Below, one piece after another: positions 41,376 to 52,161 of a stretch of 64,000 bases of DNA. Origin of the DNA: Trichormus sp. ATA11-4-KO1 (GTDB lineage Bacteria; Cyanobacteriota; Cyanobacteriia; Cyanobacteriales; Nostocaceae). The notes under the pieces were generated by a model. It made no database searches. It was not told where the DNA came from and saw nothing but the letters and a program-made list of their open reading frames with translations. The stretch spans positions 126,308-190,307 of the forward strand of contig JAHHIM010000002.1 of NCBI GenBank assembly GCA_019358915.1, given 5' to 3'. Each line of letters begins with the position of its first letter. The stretch's first letter is position 1. The position numbers were made by a program, and so were the translations under genes.

Positions 41376-41407
41376 CAATTTCTCTACATTTTGCGAGGAA
41401 AAAAATT

Positions 41408-41635
41408 ATGATGACCAATCAAAACACTTTTTTAGTTCGTTTAGCCTCTAAGTCCCTGAAATACTTCTTGTTGGTACTATTTGGCTTGGCGATCGCTTAC
41501 GTGCTATCAAGTGCATTAGGTGTGTTACATATTATTCCCATCCTCATGTACTTGCTACTTAATGTTTTTGTCCCTTTAGGAATTATCCTGTTATGTTTCG
41601 TGACAACAGCAGTAATTCTAGAGTCTGTACGTTAA
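41408..41635 (+). CDS. Small two-TM membrane protein
   Basis: 75 aa, two hydrophobic segments; GAGGA RBS; 32 nt after the preceding ORF. Confidence 0.65.
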   Translation: MMTNQNTFLVRLASKSLKYFLLVLFGLAIAYVLSSALGVLHIIPILMYLLLNVFVPLGIILLCFVTTAVILESVR

Positions 41636-41732
41636 GAATAGGGGAAAGGGGACAGTATTGGAATGCAGCGATTTCATTTGTATGGAAAAATGGCTAAATA
41701 TTTATGCGTAAGTACGCTAGAAAAACACTCCT

Positions 41733-42671
41733 TCATCCTCTGTTTTTCCCATCGAGAAACTTCAACTGATGATACACACAGGTAATCTGTGGTAAATTCA
41801 CACCAGCAGCTTGGGTTTTTCGTAATGGGTTACCAAAAATAGCTTCTACCTCCAAAGGGCGACGTTCATCATAGTCAATTTTCATGCTAGTACGATAAGG
41901 CTTCATTTCCGCAGTGTAATTGAGCATAGTTTGCATAAAACTATTAGGAATAATCCGCCCCGAACTCTTCGCCCCAGTTGTCACTTCATTCATCAATTGT
42001 TCTACTAAAATGCGAGTGCTAGCATCTGCCATTAATTCATCTGTTCTAGCGTTGAGAATTACGGAAAGCCCATTGTAGGGGATATTCCACACCAGTTTTT
42101 GCCAACGCGCTAACAGTAAGTCTTCAGCTAATTCAATGGGAATCCCAGCACTGTTAAAGTCATCAGCAATTTGCTGCATCCTATTTGTAATTCCACCAGG
42201 ATAATATTGATGGGTATATTCCCCCATAGTAATTTTCCCATAATCTAAGTGGCGAATATGTCCTAAACCTACTTTATTGGAACACAGAAAACATAAACCA
42301 CCGATAACTGTAACATTACCCACAATTTGGGCAACTTCCTCTTCCACGCCTAATCCATTCTGCAACACCAACACCACCCCATGATCTTTAACCACAGGCG
42401 GCAATAATTTCGGCAGTAAATAATTTTGTGTCGTCTTCAGTGCAATCACTACCACATCGCATTGTGGCATCTTGTTTACATCGTTATAAGCATTAACCTG
42501 AGGAAGAATAAAATCACCGTCTTTGGAATCGACAACTAAACCAGATTTGCTTACGTGTTCATAATCACTCTTGAGTAAAAAATGGACATCTAAACCAGCT
42601 TTTTGCAGTCTAGCACCATAAAACCCGCCTAATGCACCAGTTCCGAGGATGGCGTACTTGCGATCGCACAT
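41733..42671 (-). CDS. panE: 2-dehydropantoate 2-reductase (putative)
   Basis: ILGTGALGGFYG, LQNGLG, WQKLVWNIP.N, TSM..D....RPLEVE. Confidence 0.85.
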   Translation of the reverse strand: MCDRKYAILGTGALGGFYGARLQKAGLDVHFLLKSDYEHVSKSGLVVDSKDGDFILPQVNAYNDVNKMPQCDVVVIALKTTQNYLLPKLLPPVVKDHGVVLVLQNGLGVEEEVAQIVGNVTVIGGLCFLCSNKVGLGHIRHLDYGKITMGEYTHQYYPGGITNRMQQIADDFNSAGIPIELAEDLLLARWQKLVWNIPYNGLSVILNARTDELMADASTRILVEQLMNEVTTGAKSSGRIIPNSFMQTMLNYTAEMKPYRTSMKIDYDERRPLEVEAIFGNPLRKTQAAGVNLPQITCVYHQLKFLDGKNRG

Positions 42672-42891
42672 TTGTTCTACAAAGAAATTTTCTCAGGATG
42701 CTCTTTCTCGTAGTCTGTGCATAGTTTATTTACATTACAGCTTTTTTTGACTTTTTGTAATAAATATTAAAATTATTTTACTTTTAATTAAAAATTTTAA
42801 TAAACTTTCAGATAAAAAATGGCTGATATTTGTTGCTATTGTAGTTAATATTCACTAATTAAAATTGATTGTTATAATTATTTTTAAATAA

Positions 42892-43089
42892 ACCAAGATA
42901 GATCATGTGAAAGACATGCTCAAAAGCCTTGTGTATCAAAAGCTTTTACCATTTGATACTGTTTTGATGGATACATGGTATGCGGTACACAGTTTAATGC
43001 TATATATTGATAGCTTAGACAAAATTTATTATTGTCCTTTAAAAAATAATCGGTTAATTGATGATACATTTGGTCAAGAAAAATATCAA
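42892..43089 (+). pseudogene. IS701-family transposase internal fragment
   Basis: TKIDHVKDML...PFDTVLMDTWYA...YYCPLKNNRL (DDE-region motif VLMDxWY); no start, no IS ends. Confidence 0.75.
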
Positions 43090-43117
43090 TTCAAAATTCA
43101 AAATAAAATGAAAACTC

Positions 43118-44266
43118 ATGATCCAAAGCGTAAATTCTATTCCTGCCTTTGACATCAAGCAGCAATACGCCTCCATCGAAGCAGAAGTGAGTGCAGCTGT
43201 TTTAGAGGTTTTGGCTTCTGGGCGTTATATTGGCGGCCCCCTGGTTGAAGGCTTTGAGCAACAGTTTGCTGCCTATCATCAGGTGACTAATTGTATAGCT
43301 TGTAACTCTGGTACAGATGCGCTCTACTTAGCACTACGAGCCTTAAAAATTGGTATGGGTGATGAAGTCATTACCACACCCTTCACTTTTGTGGCAACAG
43401 CTGAAGTCATCAGCGCCGTAGGTGCAAAACCAATTTTTGTTGATATAGACACTACTACGTTTAATCTCGATTTGCAGCAAATAGCGGCGGCGATTACACC
43501 TCAAACTAAAGCTATTATCCCAGTTCATTTATTTGGGCAACCAGTGGATATGACAGCACTAATGGTGATCGCCCAATCTCACAATTTAGCAGTGATTGAA
43601 GATTGCGCTCAATCCACAGGAGCAAGTTGGGGTGGGCAAAAAGTCGGCAGCATAGGACATATTGGTTGTTTTAGTTTTTACCCTACAAAGAATTTGGGTG
43701 GATGTGGCGATGGAGGGGCAATTATTACTAACGATCCTGAACTTGCTGTTAAGCTGCGGGTACTCAAGGAACATGGGCAGAAAAACCGCTATTACTACGA
43801 GGAAATTGGTGTAAATAGCCGCCTAGATGCCTTACAAGCGGCTATTCTCCAAATTAAGCTGCGTTATCTTGATACTTGGAACAAGCAAAGGCAGGCGATC
43901 GCAGCTTATTACCAACAGTTTCTCAGTCAAGTTTCAGGGATCATTACACCCCAGGAATTAGCTGGAGGCGTTGGTGTCTGGAATCAATACACCATTCGCA
44001 TCTCTAGTGAGGGACGAAATGGTTCTAGCACCACTTACCGAGACTCGATACGTAGTCAACTGCAAGAACGGGGAGTGAGTTCAATGGTTTACTATCCCTA
44101 TCCTTTACATTTGCAGCCAGTTTATCAAAGTTTGGGCTATCAACCAGGGCAACTACCAGTGGCAGAGTTGGCTTGTCAGGAAGTTCTTTCCTTACCCATG
44201 TTCCCAGAACTGACACATGAACAGCAAGACCAGGTGATTTATACCTTGGATAAAGTGCTTCTGTGA
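43118..44266 (+). CDS. DegT/DnrJ/EryC1/StrS family aminotransferase
   Basis: CNSGTDAL, PFTFVAT, IIPVHLFG, IEDCAQ, FSFYPTKNLG..GDGG, NSRLD.LQAA, LSLPM. Confidence 0.93.
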   Translation: MIQSVNSIPAFDIKQQYASIEAEVSAAVLEVLASGRYIGGPLVEGFEQQFAAYHQVTNCIACNSGTDALYLALRALKIGMGDEVITTPFTFVATAEVISAVGAKPIFVDIDTTTFNLDLQQIAAAITPQTKAIIPVHLFGQPVDMTALMVIAQSHNLAVIEDCAQSTGASWGGQKVGSIGHIGCFSFYPTKNLGGCGDGGAIITNDPELAVKLRVLKEHGQKNRYYYEEIGVNSRLDALQAAILQIKLRYLDTWNKQRQAIAAYYQQFLSQVSGIITPQELAGGVGVWNQYTIRISSEGRNGSSTTYRDSIRSQLQERGVSSMVYYPYPLHLQPVYQSLGYQPGQLPVAELACQEVLSLPMFPELTHEQQDQVIYTLDKVLL

Positions 44267-44320
44267 GTGCTGAGTGCTGAGTGCGCTCGCCCTGAGCGAA
44301 GTCGAAGGGGAGTGCTGAGT
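44264..44320 (+). repeat. GTGCTGA tract with CTCGCCCTGAGCGAAGTCGAAGGG insert
   Basis: Direct reading; starts at the stop codon of the upstream gene. Confidence 0.8.
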
Positions 44321-44565
44321 AGGACATTGAGTAAATTCATCCCCTTGTCCCCTCATCCCCTTGTCCCCAGGGCTGATTCGTTCCCTAAAAGGGTTAAAAT
44401 TGCAAGGGCAAATCCACAATTAAGACCAAAAATTTTGGCATCTTCAGTCCGAAATACCTGATTTTTCTTTGCGTCTTTGCGCCTTTGCGTGAGATTATCA
44501 TCTTGACAAATCTCCAACACAAGCGAATGAAACAGCCCTGCCCTTGTCCCCAGTCCCCAACTCAA

Positions 44566-45312
44566 CTAGATGATCGCCCGGTTGTTTGCACTTGCTAAAG
44601 CTTCAACTAAGCTACGCACAGCAGCAATCATGGCTACTTCGCTATTGAGTTGGTTGATAGCGGAACCCACACCAACACCAGCTGCACCAGAGGCGATCGC
44701 TAGGGGTGCTGTCACGCTAGAAATGCCGGAAGCACACAATACTGGTACGGATACTGCACGAGATATTTCATAAGCTGCTGCCAAAGTGGGAGCGGCTTTT
44801 TCCATTAATCCCAGAGTGCCAGGGTGTGCTGGTTGGCTACTGGTACCGCCTTCGGTTTGGATAATATCGGCTCCAGCTTTTACCAATTCCTCTGCTAGCT
44901 GTACCTGTTGGTCTAGTTCCAGGATGTGGGGAACGGTCACAGATAAGGTGATTTCTGGCAGGAGGGCGCGGGTTTGGTGAGCTAGTGCTAAAACTTCCTC
45001 TGCTTCAAATCTGCGACCTTGGGCATAAAAACTGTCAAAATTGCCGATTTCAATTAAATCTGCACCAGCTGCCACAGCTTGGACAAACTTTTCTGGCTCT
45101 ACGGCTGATACACAAACTGGTAAATTTATCAAGTTTTTAGCTAACTGCACTAAAGCAGGATCGGCAGCGATATCAACAAAAGTAGCACCACCAAGTTCAG
45201 CCGCTTTGATAGTAGCAGCAACGCGATCGCGAGCAAAGTTATTCAAGCCGCTAATCACTTTGAGGACGCGGCGCTCAGTAAATGCACGTTGGAGAGGAGA
45301 ATGCATTGTCAT
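44566..45312 (-). CDS. DUF561 (Ycf23) family protein
   Basis: LKVISGLNNF, GGATFVDIA, IEIGNFDSFY, LSVTVPH, IQTEGG. Confidence 0.9.
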   Translation of the reverse strand: MTMHSPLQRAFTERRVLKVISGLNNFARDRVAATIKAAELGGATFVDIAADPALVQLAKNLINLPVCVSAVEPEKFVQAVAAGADLIEIGNFDSFYAQGRRFEAEEVLALAHQTRALLPEITLSVTVPHILELDQQVQLAEELVKAGADIIQTEGGTSSQPAHPGTLGLMEKAAPTLAAAYEISRAVSVPVLCASGISSVTAPLAIASGAAGVGVGSAINQLNSEVAMIAAVRSLVEALASANNRAII

Positions 45313-45483
45313 GGTTCGTTTTTTGCAGCTATGAAAGTAAAGATATTTTTACACTACTCGGCGTTTGCGGCTAGGGGGTAGAGGGTAAGAGGTAGAAAAG
45401 AGACTTGCCTGCTGACAATATAGAGCGAACGCGTGGATATTAATTTTTGCTTTGATGAAGATGCTAATTCCCTCTTGCTTCAG

Positions 45484-46116
45484 TCACCTAAGTATCGATG
45501 GCAGCAAACTGGGAGCTAACCACAGTGCATAACCAATAAATGCAAATAATAAGGTAATTAAGGCAGTTATAGCGTAGCTATAACAAATCAGTAAACCGTC
45601 AGATTCGATAGTAGCAATTGTTAAAAGTAAAATACCTACGGTGGGGATGGGATTTGTAAAGGGAATTGGTGAAATTAGTAATACGGTCAACCAAGAGATA
45701 CAAAACCCGTTGATGCGCCATGTTAAAGGATGATGGGCAATTTTTGTCAGCCGGGGACGGGTAATTTTCTCTATTATCTTGGTTAAACGCCGCAGATTTT
45801 GTAAAATTAACTGAGCAAACGGACGAGGAAATTTGTAACTAGCAATTCTTTTAGGTAGCCAAGGCGATCGCCTACCTAAAATCATCTGTACTGACAACAA
45901 CAAGCAAGCAACACCAAAAGGGCCAGTTAATCCTGGTGGTGTGGGAAACAAAAATGGTAAAACTAACAATGTAATTACCAAGTTAAAACCTCTTTCGGAG
46001 GTTTCTGCCAGAACATCACCTAGAGTTAAGGGCTGTTCTGCCAAGCGTTGCAGCAAAAACTTAATTTCTTGAGAAAATCTTAAATGCATTTGGCGTGAGT
46101 TGATGTGATTGGTCAC
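45484..46116 (-). CDS. ExoD-family exopolysaccharide biosynthesis protein
   Basis: ERGF, LPFLFP.PPG, PWLP, RPR, PIPFTN..P, E.DG. Confidence 0.88.
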   Translation of the reverse strand: MTNHINSRQMHLRFSQEIKFLLQRLAEQPLTLGDVLAETSERGFNLVITLLVLPFLFPTPPGLTGPFGVACLLLSVQMILGRRSPWLPKRIASYKFPRPFAQLILQNLRRLTKIIEKITRPRLTKIAHHPLTWRINGFCISWLTVLLISPIPFTNPIPTVGILLLTIATIESDGLLICYSYAITALITLLFAFIGYALWLAPSLLPSILR

Positions 46117-46251
46117 AATACCCAGCTTTAGTTAGCTATATTAATGTGAATACAAATGCAACCACAGATTTTCTAGACTAGATATGAACAAATTGCTATT
46201 GATTATAGATGTATTTTAACTTATCACTTTTATCAATTCAACTTTTCAACC

Positions 46252-47136
46252 TCAAAATACTTCAATTGGCGGTACTAAAACACCCACAGCCTCAGGAATT
46301 ACCCGGAAATGAGCAGGAGTGTAGGTTGTGATTTCACCGTCTGTATTGATAGGAAGTGGTTTACGTGTATAAACTTCAATTTCCTGCCCTTGAATGGTGC
46401 GAACACCCCGCCAATAAATATGCCTTCCTTGTCGCATTGCAGGCAGTAAAGGAATAATTTGCCACCAATGTTCTATTTCTAGACTATAGAGATCCAGTCT
46501 TTGATCATCAATGGTAGCGTCATGAACTACTGCCATGCCACCCCCATAATAGCGGCCATTGCCGACGGCAATTTGTACCGTTTTCACACGAAAAGATTTA
46601 CCATTAATCTTAATTTCTGCACTAAAGGGTCTAGCTTCCCAAATCACTCGCAATGCAGTGGCAGCATAAGCAAATATACCCCAACGACGTTTGACTTCTT
46701 TGGTAAGTCGCTGGGTAATTTTCACACTCAATCCCAGACTAGCAACATTAAAAAAGTGCTTGCCATTCACCCACCCTAAGTCAATACGTCGCAGTTCACC
46801 GTAGGCAATAACTTTACAAGCTTCGTTTAAGGAGTTAGGAATTCCCAAAGTCCTGGCCAAGTCATTGGCAGTTCCCAAAGGTAAGATTCCCAAAGGCAAT
46901 TGAGTATCAACTAAAGCATCGACTGCGGCATTGAGAGTACCATCACCACCGCCAATAATTACCAAGTCAATTTCATGCTGGTGGCGAACAATAACTTCGG
47001 CAAGCTGTTTGGGATCTTCTGCGGACTCCTCAATTAAATCAAAGCCTAGTTTCTCAAGACAATGAATGGCTTCCGACAGACGCTTTTCCCCTTGGCGAGC
47101 ATAACGATTGACTAACAGCAGTGCGCGGGAACTCAT
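46252..47136 (-). CDS. YegS/BmrU-family lipid (diacylglycerol) kinase
   Basis: GGGDGTL, LPLGTANDLAR.L, FFNVASLG, GNGRYYGGG, DGE. Confidence 0.92.
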   Translation of the reverse strand: MSSRALLLVNRYARQGEKRLSEAIHCLEKLGFDLIEESAEDPKQLAEVIVRHQHEIDLVIIGGGDGTLNAAVDALVDTQLPLGILPLGTANDLARTLGIPNSLNEACKVIAYGELRRIDLGWVNGKHFFNVASLGLSVKITQRLTKEVKRRWGIFAYAATALRVIWEARPFSAEIKINGKSFRVKTVQIAVGNGRYYGGGMAVVHDATIDDQRLDLYSLEIEHWWQIIPLLPAMRQGRHIYWRGVRTIQGQEIEVYTRKPLPINTDGEITTYTPAHFRVIPEAVGVLVPPIEVF

Positions 47137-47903
47137 TGGTAGTGCCCTTTGTAGTCGATAAGTCCAGTTTTCCGCATCCATATACTGTGCTTGAGGTTAA
47201 CTATCAAAAAGTGTTTTAGGTGGATGAAGATTATCAATGATCCTGTTTATAAATGCTTATTATGTCATTGTAGGTACTAATTTTTAAGTTTTGTTTTATG
47301 TAATTTAGTTTCACTTGTTTATGCTGTATCTATACTTAAATAATCATAATTAGTACTTATAACATCAGTGTCACTGAAATTTTTATATATTAACACAAGA
47401 GTTCATTTTAAAATTATAATACCTATAAAAATGAAAAAGTCAAAAATATTCCTACATTAAATATCATATATGTTATTAATAGTTATAATTATTTTAAAAT
47501 TTAGTTAAGACAACCATTTGTGGCAGATTTCAAATTGTCCATAAACCTGAAGGTATTATTTCTCTTGACTCATATTGTTCTAAATTTTCAATGAGTAGTT
47601 AAAATTTTGTGAGAATTGAATTTTACATTTACAAAACTTGGTCAATCAAGTTGGTTATTGATAATTAATATAATTTTAGTATAGTAAAAATTTATCTTTG
47701 GGGATTAAAGCAAAGATTAGTTTTTAATCTATAGATTTTTCCTGATGAATAATATTATTTTTATTAGTACTAGTCACCTTTATGCGTCAAAATTATAAAT
47801 GGTGTTTTATACCTACTTGCCGCCTAAAGTTTAACTTTGTAATTCACACTGCCCTTCCTGCCAGAGTTAGTATGAAAGATAGAATCAATTAGCTTTGCTC
47901 GTA

Positions 47904-49361
47904 ATGACTCTGGCTGAAACTCCTAACCACGAAAATTCTCACAATTCTTTTCTCACCCTCAACTACGAACCAGCTTTGGCATCTTTGGGTAATGATTACT
48001 ACGATGAGGTCATGGCCGCCGAATTTCCCCAACACATTCTGCGCTGGCGCAACGACGCATTGTTACCACTTTTGGGACTAGATACCCAAGCTGTTACAGA
48101 TGAAGATTTTATTACCACCTTTGGCAAATTTCACGGACGCCAGCCATTATTAGCACTGCGTTACCACGGCTATCAGTTTGGTGAATATAATCCTCACTTG
48201 GGTGATGGTAGAGGCTTTCTCTACGGCCAAGTACGTGGTACTGATGGCGAATTATATGATTTTGGGACAAAAGGTTCTGGAAAAACGCCTTACTCTCGTG
48301 GTGGCGATGGAATGCTGACACTCAAAGGTGGGGTGCGAGAGGTTCTAGCAGCAGAAGCATTGCACCAATTGGGGGTACGCACCTCTCGCTGTTTAACCAT
48401 GATTGAAACTGGTTTATCCCTGTGGCGGGGTGATGAACCTTCACCTACACGTTCATCTGTGATGGTCAGGATGAATAGATCCCATATTCGCTTTGGCACT
48501 TTTGAGCGCTTACACTATCTCCAGCGTCCAGATTTAAGTCAGAAACTGTTAGACCATGTAATTGAGTATTATTACCGCCATTTACTTGGGGAAAAAGATC
48601 AATATGTCTTATTTTATGCAGAATTAGTTAAACGAGTTGCAGAACTAGCAGCACAGTGGATGGCCGCTGGCTTTTGTCATGCAGTCCTGAATACTGACAA
48701 TATGTCGATTACAGGAGAAAGTTTTGACTATGGTCCTTATGCGTTTATTCCGACTTATGACCCGTCTTTTACGGCAGCTTATTTCGATTATTATAGACGG
48801 TATTGTTATGGCCATCAGCCAAGTATTTGCCAATTGAATTTAGAAATGCTTCAAGAGCCATTAAAGGCAATTATTGATAAAGCGGCAATGGAGACAGGTT
48901 TAGCAAAATTTAACAAATATTATCAGACTGAATACCGCTCTTTAATGTTAAAAAAGTTGGGTTTTACACAATTGCAGTGTGCAGAAGCAGATGATCTGGT
49001 AAATTTAACTATTCAATTCTTACAAGATAGCCAAGTTGGTTATCATCAGTTTTTTTATGAAATGGCTCGTACTTTTTCACCTGAATGGCGAGATGAACCA
49101 GCGCTGGTGTTGAAAAACTCCGATATTGTACCAGCATCAGGGACATCAAATATTTTTGATAATTGGTGTGTGCTATACCATAAAATTTTGCATAATTTTG
49201 ATCCTAAACAAATGGATGTAATTTCCCGAACTCTTGCTGATTGTAATCCTCAAACAGTGTTGTTAAGACCTGTGATTGAATCAATTTGGGAACCTATCAC
49301 GCAGGAAGATAATTGGCAACCTTTTTATGAATTAATTCGCAAAATTCAGTCGCGGAGTTAG
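47904..49361 (+). CDS. selO: Protein adenylyltransferase SelO/YdiU family
   Basis: YHGYQFG...[47 protein letters not shown]. Confidence 0.9.
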   Translation: MTLAETPNHENSHNSFLTLNYEPALASLGNDYYDEVMAAEFPQHILRWRNDALLPLLGLDTQAVTDEDFITTFGKFHGRQPLLALRYHGYQFGEYNPHLGDGRGFLYGQVRGTDGELYDFGTKGSGKTPYSRGGDGMLTLKGGVREVLAAEALHQLGVRTSRCLTMIETGLSLWRGDEPSPTRSSVMVRMNRSHIRFGTFERLHYLQRPDLSQKLLDHVIEYYYRHLLGEKDQYVLFYAELVKRVAELAAQWMAAGFCHAVLNTDNMSITGESFDYGPYAFIPTYDPSFTAAYFDYYRRYCYGHQPSICQLNLEMLQEPLKAIIDKAAMETGLAKFNKYYQTEYRSLMLKKLGFTQLQCAEADDLVNLTIQFLQDSQVGYHQFFYEMARTFSPEWRDEPALVLKNSDIVPASGTSNIFDNWCVLYHKILHNFDPKQMDVISRTLADCNPQTVLLRPVIESIWEPITQEDNWQPFYELIRKIQSRS

Positions 49362-49454
49362 TATTTTTTTTGCAAGCTACAGTGTTTTTCAATTAATTAA
49401 ATGATACCAACCTCTACTGTTAAGTATGATTGTTAGTTTGGGTAAAGCAGAGTG

Positions 49455-49506
49455 CAAAACCCAACATTTGCGAGGCTTTGTTGGGTTTTGTTCCTCAACC
49501 AACCTA
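49455..49506. repeat. REP-like inverted repeat between convergent selO and rel
   Basis: AAAACCCAACA...TGTTGGGTTTT. Confidence 0.55.
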
Positions 49507-49602
49507 AAGATTTTTGGGCCAAATTTTAGCCTGGATGCATCACTACAAATAATCGGCACAGTATTTTTATTTTAAATTTTGAATTTTGAATTGATTCATA
49601 CT

Positions 49603-51870
49603 TTACTCGTCAATTTGACCGAGGCGGCGGATATTCAAAATGTCACTCATCTTCTTGATTTGAGTAAACACTTGCTCAAGTTGAGAGCGATCGCGTATAT
49701 CTATTCCCAAGTCTATTAATGCTGGTTGACCAATTGCTGTTTTTACCTGAGCATGACGCACATTGATCCCTTGGTCACTCAACCGTGACAAAATATCCTT
49801 TAATACCCCCACACGGTCCAGCGCTTCGATTTGTACATTGACTGGATAAGTGTGCGGACGACTGCTAATTTCGGTAGCACAGTTCCAACTAACTGGTACT
49901 AAGCGCTCATACTCTACACTTTCGAGATTGCTACACCCTTGGCGATGGATAGAAATTCCTCTACCCCGCGTTACGACACCGATAATTGGTTCACCAGGAA
50001 TCGGGGTACAACACCCAGCTAAATGATACACTAGCCCTTCTACACCAACAATTGGCGAATCACAAGGACGTGTGCTGATAGGTGGTGCATCTCGCACAGC
50101 TTTTGATGTAGTTGGCTCTTTGGGAGGAAATAGAGGGACAACGTTAGCGGGTTGTTGTCCTTTGGCTACTTCTCGCCAACGATTTAATACTAAGTTGAGA
50201 GTAATTTCACCGTAACCCAAACCAGCAAGTAAATCTTCTACGCTGTGGTAATTACATTTTTCCGCCACAGTCTGCATTGCTTCTGACTTCAGCAAGTTAT
50301 CAAAACCAGTTTTACCCAGTTCTTTTTCTAACAACTCTCGTCCCCGAGCCACATTTTCATCGCGGCGCGATCGCTTGTACCATTGCTTAATCCGATACTT
50401 GGCTGCGGAAGTCCTGACAAAGTTCAACCAATCTAAACTAGGATGGCTATTCTTTTGGGTGATAATCTCCACAATATCGCCATTTTGTAGCCGTGTTGAC
50501 AAGGGTACCATCCGTCCATTTACCCGCGCCCCTGCACAATGGTTCCCCACTTCTGTGTGAATATGATAAGCAAAATCTATACAGGTAGAACCGGGACTCA
50601 AGGGTACAACATCCCCCTTAGGGGTGAAGACATAGACATCATCTTCAAATAGATTGTCTTTGACACTATCAAGATATTCTTGAGCGTCCTTGAGATCACT
50701 TTGCCATTCCAGCAGCTGGCGTAGCCAAGTAAACTTCTCATCTGCGGTTGTTAATTGGCTAGTGGAACCACCTGTTTCTTTGTACTTCCAATGGGCAGCA
50801 ATACCATATTCAGCGATATGATGCATTTCCAGCGTGCGAATTTGTACCTCCAAAGGACGACCAGTCAGCCCAATCACTCCAGTATGCAACGATTGGTAAC
50901 GGTTAGGCTTGGGCAATCCAATGTAGTCTTTAAATCTACCGGGAATCGGACGAAAAGCATCATGAACTACTGCCAAAGCCCGATAGCATTCTTCATTGGT
51001 CTGGACAATAATCCGCAGGGCTGCCAAATCGTAAATTTCATGAAATTCTTTTTGCTGCCGTTGCATCTTTTGATAAATGCTATAAAGATGCTTGGGACGA
51101 CCACTGATGTCTTGACAGTGAATTCCAGCTTGCTGCAAACGCTCTCGCAACATATCTGTAGCTTTGGCCAGTTTCTCTTCCCGCGCCGCTCGTTTTTCGG
51201 AAACATGCTGTTGAATTTCACGGAAGGCATCTGGTTCCAGATACTTAAAAGACAAATCTTCCAGTTCCCATTTAATCCGCCAAATCCCCAAGCGATTTGC
51301 TAAGGGGGCAAAAATATCGCGGGTTTCCTGCGCGCTACGGCGACGGCTAGACTCTGACATGTATTGTAGAGTTCGCATATTATGCAAACGGTCTGCCAAC
51401 TTCACCACAATTACCCGGATATCCTGCGCCATTGCCAAAAACATCCGCCGGAAGTTTTCCGCTTGGCTTTCAGTTTTGCTTTTGAAATTGATTTTAGAAA
51501 GTTTGGTAACACCTTCTACCAATTGCCGCACTTCGGCGCCAAAGCGTTCTTCTATTTCTTCAATTGTGACATCTGTATCTTCAACTACATCATGAAGAAA
51601 TCCAGCTGCTATCATAGCAGGACTGCCCCCCAAATCTCGCAGCAATCCAGCTACAGCCACAGGATGACTGATGTACAGTTCTCCGGATTTGCGGTACTGT
51701 CCTTGATGCAGTTGATAAGCAAATTCAAATGCCTGACCAATCAAGACTGCATCACTATGCCTTCGGTCATCTTCGGTTTCACCCCTATTTGCTGATGACT
51801 CCCTTAAGCATTTCTGGAGCCATTCCGGAAGGGCAAGATCGATTGTGGAATTGATAAGTATGCTGCTCAT
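49603..51870 (-). CDS. rel: Bifunctional (p)ppGpp synthetase/hydrolase (RelA/SpoT homologue)
   Basis: LHDVVEDT (HD), KLADRLHNMRTL, GRPKH.YSI, YQSLHT, EVQIRT, AAHWKYK, TGS (DFAY.IHT), ACT domain. Confidence 0.97.
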   Translation of the reverse strand: MSSILINSTIDLALPEWLQKCLRESSANRGETEDDRRHSDAVLIGQAFEFAYQLHQGQYRKSGELYISHPVAVAGLLRDLGGSPAMIAAGFLHDVVEDTDVTIEEIEERFGAEVRQLVEGVTKLSKINFKSKTESQAENFRRMFLAMAQDIRVIVVKLADRLHNMRTLQYMSESSRRRSAQETRDIFAPLANRLGIWRIKWELEDLSFKYLEPDAFREIQQHVSEKRAAREEKLAKATDMLRERLQQAGIHCQDISGRPKHLYSIYQKMQRQQKEFHEIYDLAALRIIVQTNEECYRALAVVHDAFRPIPGRFKDYIGLPKPNRYQSLHTGVIGLTGRPLEVQIRTLEMHHIAEYGIAAHWKYKETGGSTSQLTTADEKFTWLRQLLEWQSDLKDAQEYLDSVKDNLFEDDVYVFTPKGDVVPLSPGSTCIDFAYHIHTEVGNHCAGARVNGRMVPLSTRLQNGDIVEIITQKNSHPSLDWLNFVRTSAAKYRIKQWYKRSRRDENVARGRELLEKELGKTGFDNLLKSEAMQTVAEKCNYHSVEDLLAGLGYGEITLNLVLNRWREVAKGQQPANVVPLFPPKEPTTSKAVRDAPPISTRPCDSPIVGVEGLVYHLAGCCTPIPGEPIIGVVTRGRGISIHRQGCSNLESVEYERLVPVSWNCATEISSRPHTYPVNVQIEALDRVGVLKDILSRLSDQGINVRHAQVKTAIGQPALIDLGIDIRDRSQLEQVFTQIKKMSDILNIRRLGQIDE

Positions 51871-52161
51871 ACATTAGAGACTAAAGGTGATCGGTAGATA
51901 AGTGAGAGATAGACTTGATTGACAGCATCGTGGTCAGAAAATACTGTCAGCCAGAGACGGGTAAAAAAATGATAATGATTCTCCAATTGCCTGTGGTAAT
52001 TAACTAGTCCGGGGTGAAAGAATCATACGGCGGAAAATCCATTTATTGCAAATAAAGCCTCAAAGATAACGATTTGAGGCTGGTAGTTTTAATAAGAAGC
52101 TAAAAAAGTTTATTCTAAAAGAAAATTTTCTTGACATTAATACTATCTTAACTAGCACTGG

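Noticed and set aside
42907..43152. 81-aa ORF as a real gene
   Set aside because: Chimera of an IS701 fragment and out-of-frame downstream sequence
47182..47894. Very AT-rich ~700-bp intergenic region as possible origin or foreign DNA
   Set aside because: No DnaA-box cluster, ORF or repeat structure recognised; similar to other divergent promoter regions here
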